Below, piece after piece: positions 27,386-37,642 of a DNA stretch of 64,000 nt. The position numbers and the translations under genes were made by a program. The stretch is from the NCBI GenBank assembly GCA_973895155.1, contig OZ316892.1, positions 21,391,619 to 21,455,618 on the forward strand. Direction: 5' to 3'. The notes below the pieces were generated by a model that saw only the letters and a list, made by a program, of their open reading frames with translations, made no database searches and had not been told where the DNA came from. The stretch's first letter is position 1. Each line of letters begins with the position of its first letter. Source of the DNA: Marsupella aquatica (taxonomy: Eukaryota; Plantae; Marchantiophyta).

Positions 27386-28053
27386 CTTTGCGTTATATAC
27401 AGCCCCAATATAAGGGAAAAGGTGCTCTCCATCGTAGCCACGTCTCCATGGCTTTGGAGGGACAACAATGTCATCCAAAGCATATAGACCATATCCTATA
27501 TCAGCACCAATAGAGGACTCCTTCACTATCCAAGGATGGCCCCATATCTCCACAGGTTCATCAATAGGAATGTAATCTGGAAATTTGAAGACACTGGGAG
27601 AAAAGTCTTTCAAAACGTCTGCAGCCCTGCCAGTGAGATAGGATACTCCAAATCGGCCCTCAACGCCAATGTAATCTACATTTGTTGGAGGACGATCACT
27701 ACCTAACACCCCCTCCCAGATGTCTATGTGGTCCACAGGCCATCTACGTCTATGAGACCGTGCTCGTGTACGTAGGACTCTTGAAGTCCCAACCTCTGGA
27801 CGAGATACTGGTTCTCCCTCTACATGCTCATGTATGGGGATAGGAGCTGGGGGGCTAAGAGGAGGATGGGCAGGGGGGCTGCAAGCAAGTCTCTAGCCCT
27901 TGCTAGGAATCCTTCTAGCCACACAGCCTCATCAACCAAAGGAGGTGGGGGTCTACGGGGCACCTATTTCAGCACACAATAAATTAGTGTTATTTAAATG
28001 CAAGCCCAATTGGAGTTTCATGAATGGAATTAAAGGGGAGACATATATATTAC

Positions 28054-28284
28054 CTGGCTAGGCAAGTACCCTGGTGTATCACCCTCATGACGGCCATAGT
28101 TCTCAATGTGCTCACAAGTCTCCCAGGCATGTCGGACCACAAGTCCCTTGCATCTCACACACCAGCAAGGTATGGGCCCTAGTGGAGCACAAGGACGCTC
28201 AAGAGGAGGGGGTGGAGGAACCTCCCCCTCTGACAAGCTCGTGTCTGAGTCTGAATCCGACGTGAAACTATCGGATGTAGACAT
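28054..28284 (-). CDS. First coding exon of A TnpD/SET gene: transposase-associated Cys/His domain (PF13963-like)
   Basis: IPCWCVRCKG..TCEHIENYG resembles MRCPCTQCQG..VHLHLLRH at the N-terminus of the C transposase; ends in phase-0 donor CAG|GTAATA. Confidence 0.78.
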
Positions 28285-29637
28285 CTACATATCATCCACA
28301 TCCAACATGTAAGGCGGATTCAACAACTTATCATGTTTAAAACCACAATTAAAGAGATATATAAACATCAATTGCCCTACCTCAATGATACCCGCGCTTT
28401 GCCGTGCCTACTGGGCTGTATTCTCTACACACAAGGTGTGGGATATCCAAAATCTCTGCAGGGTGGAGATGAATATGGTTACACAAATGCTGCATAAATG
28501 CAAAAAAGTACTTGATTGACTTTTGGCACACGATATATCAAACTTGCCAAAGCAGACCTCAATGTTCCAATCCAAAATGGATGGATGGGCCGGGGAATTA
28601 CATCATACCTCATGGATGCGCGGTCTCACACTGTGCATAGTGCATTGTCCAAGAACAAAACCCTACCTAGCTAGCTACCCCCCTCAACCCAAAAAAAACA
28701 AACCTAGCTACCCCTCGATCAAAACCTAGGTACTGCACATAAAATCCAATCACAACCATTAGTGTAACAAAGGCTTAACATTATCCTCAAAAAATGTCTA
28801 ACAATATCCTATGTATTAAAACCCTATACCAATAAATCCCAAAACCCCTCAAAGCCCTAAAGTCCTTCAAAGAGAATTGGGATCAATTATAGTAAAAGAG
28901 TAAATCTAGGTACCACTTACTAGCCAAAACACCTTGACTTATCCCTGCATCCATCACTCAATGTTGAGCAAGTTAAGGCCCTATAATTACATTACTATAT
29001 AACTTAGCTTTATAAATTTAGGGTGCAATAAATTAAGCATGCAATCACAACCATATTTTAGTTATCTTAGGAAATACAAAGTCATGAACTAACCCCAAAA
29101 TTGTAGTTGCGAAGAAGGAACTTGCAAGAGGCCGGGTAACATATACACAATATGCCATCCCGTTCACGGTGTTACCTAAAAAAAACCTGATATATTCAAA
29201 AGGACCACAAAAAAGTGACTACAACCCTCCCTTCTATTACCCCACCCAATTACTTAATTCCATGCTCCACATACAAACCCAAACACCCAAACTAAACACA
29301 AAGTAAATAGATTTGACCTCCTATGGGACCAAAACATGGAATCCGTTATAGTTGATCGAGGGGTCCGATACTAAAACAAACGGAAGCAGCATCGTAAAAG
29401 CAGGAGAAAGAAAAGCAAGGAGGGGTCCGAAGCAAAACGCATCGGAAGGTCCAATTGTAGGTCCGATTCTTTCGGCTTCGGACATTGCGTTGCATAAAGT
29501 ATCGGAAACAACAGACCTGTTTTCAAAAAATAAGTCCCGATGCGGATGCGAAGATCCGGGCATCGGGCCAAGCTTCGCATTCCGTGTTTTGCGAGGCCGG
29601 GAGGCTCAGGTAGACGTCGGTGGGCAAGGAGAGAGAC

Positions 29638-32017
29638 ATGGTGGGAGGAGGATCAGGTGGTGGGGACGGGGCTGGACCCTCTCGGCCCTATGATGAGATT
29701 ATGAGGGAGATTTTTATGAGTAGGGCAAGGCTAAGTGCTGAGGATGCAGAGAGAGTTGTGCCACTTCTTCAGACCTTGATTGATGGATCCAGGATTGAGG
29801 CAGAGAATGCTGCGACTGCAACCATTGCTGCAGAGAAAGCTGCAAAGAAGAAGCGAAAGGAGGCAAAGAGAGGCAGGGAAGATGGTGAGGAATCCCTCTC
29901 TCCCCGAAAAAGAGAGAGGAAGCTTTGCAAGGCAGCTAAGGAGGCTGAGAAGAAGAGAGTGGAGGAGTTAAATCGAAAGGAAGTTGAGAGAGCTCTGAGG
30001 CCTGAGCTAGCCCTAAACTCAGGTGGCTCCCCAATGCCGAGAGGATACAATCTCTTCCGCAGCCAGTTCAAGCAGGTGGTGAAGGCCAATTTGGGGCCAT
30101 TAGATTGCTGGGGAAGGAAGACTGAGGAGGAGAAAGGTCAAATTTGAGAGCAAGTGAAGGAGCGATTCAGGAATGGGGCCTCCCTTGATGACAGGTTCTT
30201 GAATAAGAGGATATCAGCTTCACTTTCAGACATGCAAAATCATCAGAGAGAGAAGTTCAGGAAGTACCTTGCTGATTTGCCAATTGATTCAGAGGTGGTC
30301 AGGGAGCAGGGCTGTCCAGATGTGCTCTCCCCAGATGAGTGGGCAGCTTGGCTTGAGGAGGAATTAGCAATCCGAGCCTGGAAAAAAAAGAGACAATGGG
30401 ACCACGAAATCAGCTTGGTAGAGGAGAAGCGGAAGGCTGGGGAGGAAATTGACATCCTCCCCCTCCAACAGAACCTACGGCAGTGGGGAGCTCAAGCAAT
30501 ACGATTAAAAGAGCCACCCAAGGACATCATCAAAGCATTGGAGCGAGTCCAAGGGCGGCCCATCGTCACTCACCACATGGGGCAAGGAGGCTCCAATCGA
30601 CTGAAAGCAGAGTTTGTAAGTGCCTTCTCCCTCCTCCCTAGCTCCTCCCCCCCGACCACCTGACCTTCTCTTGCGAAGAGTGACTCAATTTCTGCTGCCG
30701 AATGCCTTTATGCCATTTCAGCCTGATGTTTTTTGCTCTCAGGACTGTTCTGCCCGATACTCATCCAAAGCTTTTAGCATCGGACCTAGTATCGGACCTG
30801 TTGTTATGCCATTTAGGGTTACCGGGATCCGATACTGTTTCGTTGCTTTAAGTACGGAAACAGCATCGGACCCCTCGTAAGAACAACGGGTTTTTTTAAA
30901 TGTTGCTCTTTCACTTAATTAGGGGTATGGGTTTGCATTCTTCAGTACCCTAAGAAGGCATGGGACCCCTTACAAGAATTGGGAAAAGTTGGGCCGATGC
31001 AAAGACTAGTTTTCATGCTAATGGGTTTCTCTTTTGGTATTGTGATGTGTCAGGAGCGGGACTGGGGTCGACCTATTAGGCCGTCAGAGAGGGAGTTAGC
31101 AAAGAGGGATGGACCCCGAGCTCTTAAGCTCCACCTTGAGGAGGAGCTGGGAGAGGTAATTGGTGTTGAATTGGCCCTATATAGGTTCAAATTGTTTTTG
31201 GTTGTGGTCAATATTAGAGAGCTTTCAAGGAACTATGTTTTCAAATGCAATTTAACCCTACTTATGTATTGTGCAGGATGAGGAGACAGGGTCTGATGAG
31301 GGAGAGGAGGGTGAGGGTGAGGAGGAGGGTGATGGTGAAGAAGGAGAGGATGGCGATGGAGAGGAGGGAGATGATTCTGAGGCGTCTGTGCCCTTAGAGG
31401 GTGCGGCAGAGCGATCGGGGAGGGTGCCCCGAGTTACCCCTACCCCTGCAGTCCCTCATGTTGCCCCCACATCAGCATAGAGGGGTAGGTCACATGATGT
31501 TCATGGTGTGGCCTCCCATCAGTCGGGAGTGTCACGGAGTGCGAGGCCCGGCCCCTCAGGGGGTAGTAGAGGTGGCGCGGGACCAGGCCATCGCTCTAGA
31601 GTACTATCCGGTACACCTGGCTCTTCTCGACGAGTGGGTCGTGACATGGAGGATGGTGGCTCTAGGGGGCGAGCGCCATCACGTGAGTCTTGTGGGAGTA
31701 CCGCACGGCATGGGCCACAGACAGCATCTGCAAGGGATGCATCCCATCACTCTCACAGGTCTACCGGAGGGGGAGATGGCTCCTTCCACTCTGCCGTGTC
31801 AGGGGGTTTAGAGACATCTGTTGCACCTCAGCATCCTAGTGGTGCATCTAGTGGGTCAGGGTCCCGACCAGCATCAGGCCAACCCACTGGTGAGCAGGTG
31901 GTTGCCACGGTTGTGGGCAGCCAGAGAGAGGAGGGGTCTTGTGTTCCTGGACCTGTACCACCCCCTCGTTCTTGCCTGAAGAAGAAGAAGGGACGCAACA
32001 CCCTTTTTAGAGCTTAG
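29638..32017 (+). pseudogene. CACTA A TnpA-like (Transposase_24-like) gene, three exons, divergent from TnpD
   Basis: Exons 29638-30615, 31054-31155 and 31277-32017 with GT-AG junctions conserved in B; CPDVLSPDEWAAW and HMGQGG motifs; acidic then Gly/Ser tail; two internal stops. Confidence 0.7.
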
Positions 32018-32189
32018 TGGCATGAGCTAGATATGTAGTGCATGGTAGCTTTTATACTAGCATATATATGTACCATCTAGTATAGTAAGCTACCTAGGCT
32101 ACTACATATTGTACATACCAGGGGGTTTCCCTTTTTGAATATGACATTTTGAGCTTGTACATATAACATTCTTTTGCATCAATCATAAT

Positions 32190-32700
32190 CACTAGTACAT
32201 TTTTGCTCATTTTCCGATGCTCCCGCTGAAACATGAAACAGGCGTCCGATGGCCGGAGTTACGCAAACTTTCGTTTACAAAAGTATCGGAACTTGTGATC
32301 CCCACAGCTTCGGAAACCCTTTGTCCGATTCCCAAAACATCGGACATCATTTGCGATACTCCTAATATAGGAACATATCCGATGTCTTGACTATCAGACC
32401 CCTCTTCTAAAAATTGTTACTAAGTTTCCGATCCCTAAAGTATCGCATTCAATGTCCGATTTAGTAAAGAACAGAAATATTGCGATGAAAAATGTATCGC
32501 TTAGTGCTTCCGATAGGTTGGGTATCGGAAATGTTTTCCGAAGTAGTGTTTATCACAAATAATTTTGATGCTACAAGTATCGAAAATGGAGTCCAAAAGG
32601 GTTTAAATTGGATATATGTGGTTCGAGGTCAAGATTTGAACAAGGAGGTCTTCCGATGGGCTTCCGTTGTTTTAAGCATGGGAAATGGTATCGAGAATAA
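32190..32700. repeat. Left subterminal TCCGA/TCGGA array of B
   Basis: Repeated TTCCGAT/ATCGGAA variants inside the TIR. Confidence 0.8.
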
Positions 32701-32885
32701 ATGGACGTGACTCAAATGCATATATTACTTAGGGATTGCAATTTGGATTGTGTCAAGGGACTATATACAGTTGTATCCAAAATTATATCCAACCAATGAA
32801 TCTTTGGGCACGTGTGAAATGACATGACAACATGTATATACTATCCATGAAGATAAAACATATAGGGGTTTTACCTAGGTCGCAT

Positions 32886-35800
32886 CTATTGTAATGAGGG
32901 GTCCAAATCCTCTACTACAACTACACTTGGCTTGTCTTGAACAATGGATCGTGAGCGAGGGATGTAAGGCATAACAATGGACCACTCTGGGTCATTCGGA
33001 TAAGGAAGATAGAAAGATTGCTCCAAATGATGGGGAAATGCAAATGGATTTGAGGTTCTCCAATTGGAACTAGTGACACTAGTTGCACTGGTCTTCAATC
33101 GTGTGAACCCACATGCATCTTCCTCACAGGTCCAATTATGGCCAACAAGATTCATCCGAAACCATTTGCACTTGAACACCACCTCCTCCAAGGTTGTATG
33201 GGCATGATTAATTTACGATAAGAATCTCCTCTATCTTCCCATAGTGGGCCACCGTTGAACGTATTGGATTCCGGTCAGAAGTGCTACTTTGTGACTCTTG
33301 GGTGAACCACCCCATCACCCCACAATCTTGTGTTGTTGCTCTCTTCATATCAAGATGTTGGATTCAAAAATGCCTCCCCTTTGACCACATGGCTGTTCGA
33401 GTCATGACCGTGAGTAATGGAACATGAACAAGGGTGCGCATGTCATTGGTGACCTTCGGAAAGTGCAAAACACTCTCACCCTGACCCAACAAGGCATCAA
33501 TCTCTGTCAACTTCTCCTTCATATATGGGAGAAACTTGGGGAAGAGGCGTGGCCGACAACTATTACTCTTCTCCTCCTCATAAAATGCAGTCCACTCCCC
33601 TGCAATCTCTGGTGAGTTATACAACATGAATGTGGTGAGTTGCAGACGTTCAGCAGAGCCTAGTAGTCGTTCTCCCTTTGCTCAAGTGAGTCTATCCTCC
33701 TCATAATCTGCCTCTCGTGCTGACTCATCTATCCAACCCCTTGGAGCATTTGGATCAAGTGTAGCCACAATGTTCGTACAATAGAACATACTCTCTGCTC
33801 CAAGGTGACATTTGGCAATGCTACCTTCCACCCTAGCACGGTTTGATACATATGATTTCATGACTCCCATGAATCGCTCTACCCAATACATCCAACGACA
33901 ATGTACTGGGCCTGCAATGGCTACTTCACGCACTAGATGTACAAGAAAATGAACTTGACCATCAAAGAAGGAAGGAGGGAGTGCTCGCTCCAACTTTCAC
34001 ACAACCTCCACTCCAAATACCTCCATGGCAGCAATCTCTCCCTCGTTGACCTCCTTTTGACAAACCCATCTCAACAATCTACCCAATGACCAAAGTGCAT
34101 CCCGAAGATCCTCGCTGTCCAATCCAATAATAGCAACTGGAATAACGTGTTGCAATAGACGATGATAATCGTGGGTCTTAGGGTTTAGAAAGCTGGCCAT
34201 TTTGGAGAGTCATCTCCACCAAATGTCTTGCGAAGATTGGCACCATACCCTGTAGGAAACCGCATTGACCCTATCCGCTTGCGAAACTCTATTTGCTCAC
34301 TCCTTGTGAAAACCCATGGGGGATGGATAGTAAGGGGAGGGTCAGGGTCCATAGATGGCCACAAACCATGAAGGCCATGCATCCCCATCTCCTCACAACT
34401 CTCTCTCCAATTGTTGTTTTTTTCTCCATATAGATGGCGGATCAATGACCTCCCAACATTCCCCTCAATATGCATAGGGTCCAATAGATGATTTATTGGC
34501 ATGTGTTCCCAATATGGAAGTTGTGCCAATGCAGACAAACGGGTCATGCCACATCTAGCCAAGGGTAATGGGTCATCTGGATCAGTCACCCTCTCCCATA
34601 CCTCCTTCCAATATATTGGGTCCTTCGGTAAAGGCTGAGGTCTTGTGTCTGGCTGGCCCTCATCCGTGTCATACAAAAATGGATCATACCTCCAGTCATG
34701 CCCCTCAGGAAGATACTTTGTGTGACCAATGTAAACTATCTTCCGCAGGGTGGTAGACTTTGGGCGCGCCACTCCCTCCAAGTCTGGTCCACAAGTCGGG
34801 CAAGCACGATATCCAGAAGTTTGCAAGCCAGAAATATATCCAAACCCTTCACAAACAATGGTCACAAATTAAAACCCATTAAGTTTTGAAACCAAACCCA
34901 AAGGAACAAAATAAACAGAATGATATATATATATGGGTAGCTGCACAAGCCATACTTAATTTATAAAGAGTTGGGTACCTGGAAGATCATGCATGGTCCA
35001 CATAAGAATGGCTTTGAGCTGAAACTCATGGGGTAAGCCCCCTGTATGCACTCGACCATCATAGCAATCCACTCCCCCCCAAAGTTTATGTAGCTCCTCA
35101 ATCAACGGTTGCAAGTATACATCAATCTTCTTCACTTGCTTAGGGCCAGGAATAATCATAGATAGGAGCAAATGACCCTTCTTCATGGCCATCCATGGTG
35201 GGATGTTGTAGTTAGTGAGGACTACTAGCCATACAAAGTATGGTTTGGCCTTGCCGGCCAGTGCAAATGGGCTAATGTCGTCTGATGCCAAACCAAGGCG
35301 AACATGACGAGGGTCAGTCTTGAACTCACCCCAACGCTCTTCCACAAATCTGTTTGCAGGAGAGTCAACCATCATGCGCATGGTTGGATCCTAAGTAGTG
35401 TCTGAACGGTGTTGGGAATGCCATACCATATAATTAGCCAACTCTGCGCATCGAAACTGGTGACGCAAACGAGGAATAAGAGGAAAGTACCTCATAACCT
35501 TTTGAGGTACTCTTCCTGTCAACATATCCTCACAATATCTTGGCGCGTTGCACACAGGACATGTAAGAGCATTTGAGTGCTCCTTCCTGAACAAAACACA
35601 ATCATTCACACAAGCATGTATGACCTCATACTTGAGGCCTATGGACTTCAACACTTTCTTCGCCTCTTTCCATGATGCTGGCAAGTTGTTCCCCTCTGGT
35701 AACATATGATCATGCAATGTCCTGAAAATATCATCAAGAAGCAAGTTGCTTGCTCCATGTCTTTGCTGCAAGTTCAGTAATAACATGATATATTGCTGAA

Positions 35801-36162
35801 AGACGAGATAATCTAGACCCCTCAAAAAGATGAGTTCGTGCATGCTCTTGAGCCTCCTCCCACTGGTGCGAGTGTGGATTCCGTGAAGGAGTATGCCTAT
35901 GAGGAGGAGGTAAGTCAATGTCCTCCCAGTCACCTGGGTCATGATCACCCCGGGGATCACCCTCATCTGCATCCATGAATTGGTGCATCAACTCATCCAT
36001 AGCCCGGTCCTCATCCATTCTTTCTTGGGTAGCATTAGGTAGTTCATGTGGAATGTCCATATCCTCAAAAGGTTGACCCCCTTGCCTACCATCCATGGCC
36101 TGAAGGAGATGTTGTCGCACAGCTCGTGATAATACCTCAATATCTGGCTGAACAAATGCATT
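32886..36162 (-). pseudogene. CACTA B TnpD transposase, multiple frameshifts
   Basis: IHACVNDCVLF..CPVCNAPRY, YFPLIPRL, HVRLGLASD, MWTMHDLP, DPMHIEGN, KTHDYH, WMYWVERFM; colinear with A. Confidence 0.92.
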
Positions 36163-36334
36163 CTATCATACACAAAAGAAAACAATGAGAATGATATAAG
36201 TCCAGGTCTCTCAACCAACAATTGAGACATCCATATATGAATGAGTCAAAAGACTCCATAGCTCTTGAAACCAATTAGAGAATGACTCAAGTAATATTTT
36301 TATAAAAGTGAACATATACACATGTTTGTATGTG

Positions 36335-37294
36335 CTATGAAGGACAACACCGTATGGCCATCTTAGGCGCGTTCCAATCATAGTCACAAAAGAGTTCCTC
36401 ACCAGCCCTAATAGTCCTAATGGCTATAGTCATAACATGGTCATCCATATGCTTGACATAGTAAGGTGGTGGCGGTGCCCCAAAAATCTGAACCCACTCT
36501 ACATTTGGTTGAAGTCCTCGTCCTCTCCCTTTGGTACTATTGATATACCCAGCGATGTTATCACATCGCATAGGATCACCATCAATCATCCTACAATGCC
36601 AAGGCCTCTTGAGGACCTCATCCGGATCGGAATCCATTTGCAATGCATACACTCCCCATGATGGTTGTTGCCGCAAAATAATGTTCCAATTCTTGGCAGT
36701 GTATATAGGGCCAATGTAAGGAAATAAGTGTTCCCCATCATAACCTCTTCGCCATGGCTTTGGATGGACCACAATGTCCTCCAAAGCAAATAACCCAAAT
36801 CCTACATCAACACCAAGAGAAGATGACTGCACTATCCAATGACGGCCCCATATCTCTATAGGGGCATTAGTGGGTATGCCTTGAGGGATTTTGAATATCT
36901 CAGACGAGAAGTCCTTCACAAGAGGCAACGCCTTTCCAGTGAGATATGACAATCCCAACCTACCCTCCACTACCACATAACCCTCACCTGGCTTCATCAT
37001 AGGCGGACCTACCAAGTTTGGGTCTTGAGACTCACGAGTGCCCAATGGTTTGTAATGTCTCCTATGCCTATGGGAGCGTGGGCGGGTGCGTAAAACCCTA
37101 GATGGAGGTACCTCCAGGTCACCTTGCTCAATGTCCTCCACCCTTGCTACAGGTACACTCCCGCCCTCACCATTGGGGCGCGGGGCAGGAGGAGGGGGTG
37201 TAGATGTTGATGCAAGCATCCGCCTTGCACTAGCCAAGAATGTGTCTAGCCATAGCTCTTTAGAGATCAATGGAGGAGGGGGCCTACGGGGCAC
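36335..37294 (-). CDS. SET-domain (putative lysine methyltransferase) exon of CACTA B, open frame of 319 codons
   Basis: SET motifs GFGLFA, LFPYIG, IDG, NIAGYINS, PNV, AIRTIRAGEELFCDY; begins right after acceptor TAG at 37297-37295. Confidence 0.88.
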   Translation of the reverse strand: MPRRPPPPLISKELWLDTFLASARRMLASTSTPPPPAPRPNGEGGSVPVARVEDIEQGDLEVPPSRVLRTRPRSHRHRRHYKPLGTRESQDPNLVGPPMMKPGEGYVVVEGRLGLSYLTGKALPLVKDFSSEIFKIPQGIPTNAPIEIWGRHWIVQSSSLGVDVGFGLFALEDIVVHPKPWRRGYDGEHLFPYIGPIYTAKNWNIILRQQPSWGVYALQMDSDPDEVLKRPWHCRMIDGDPMRCDNIAGYINSTKGRGRGLQPNVEWVQIFGAPPPPYYVKHMDDHVMTIAIRTIRAGEELFCDYDWNAPKMAIRCCPS

Positions 37295-37409
37295 CTATTC
37301 ATTCAAAAAAAATCCAAAATTAATAAATATATGATGATAGTGGCCATGATTGTAAGTGGCAAATTATGTTTCCTTCAAAATGTGTGGGGTGAGAGTATGG
37401 GGTGCATAC

Positions 37410-37642
37410 CTGGCGAGCTGAATGTCCTGGTAAATCAGGTTGGTGTTGCCCATAATTCTCAATATGCTCAATACACTCCCAAGCTTGACGAACCACCATT
37501 CCCTTACATTGCACACACCAACATGGAATGGGGCCTAGAGGAGGAGGAGGATGATGCGGCCTCGGAGGGGGGGAGGAATGTCCCCCTCAGAAGATGACGA
37601 GTCTGAGTCAGAATCTGACTTGGAACTCCCAGAATTTGACAT
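37410..37642 (-). pseudogene. First coding exon of B TnpD/SET gene (transposase-associated Cys/His domain); 1-nt frameshift in a G7 run
   Basis: MSNSGSSKSDSD..PIPCWCVQCKG..CIEHIENYG, homologous to 28054-28284; phase-0 donor CAG|GTATGC. Confidence 0.75.

Larger units (their letters stand above)
21727..27963 (-). pseudogene. SET-domain exon of CACTA A, split by the copia element
   Basis: GYGLYA..LFPYIGAVYNAK (27386-27736) joins SWNILL..NLAGYINS..AIRTIRAGEELLCDY (21727-22083); acceptor AG at 27965-27964. Confidence 0.88.

Noticed and set aside
36335-36400. Continuous SET-transposase fusion (SETMAR-like)
   Set aside because: Both SET exons end in a stop with no convincing conserved donor; alternative terminal exon preferred.
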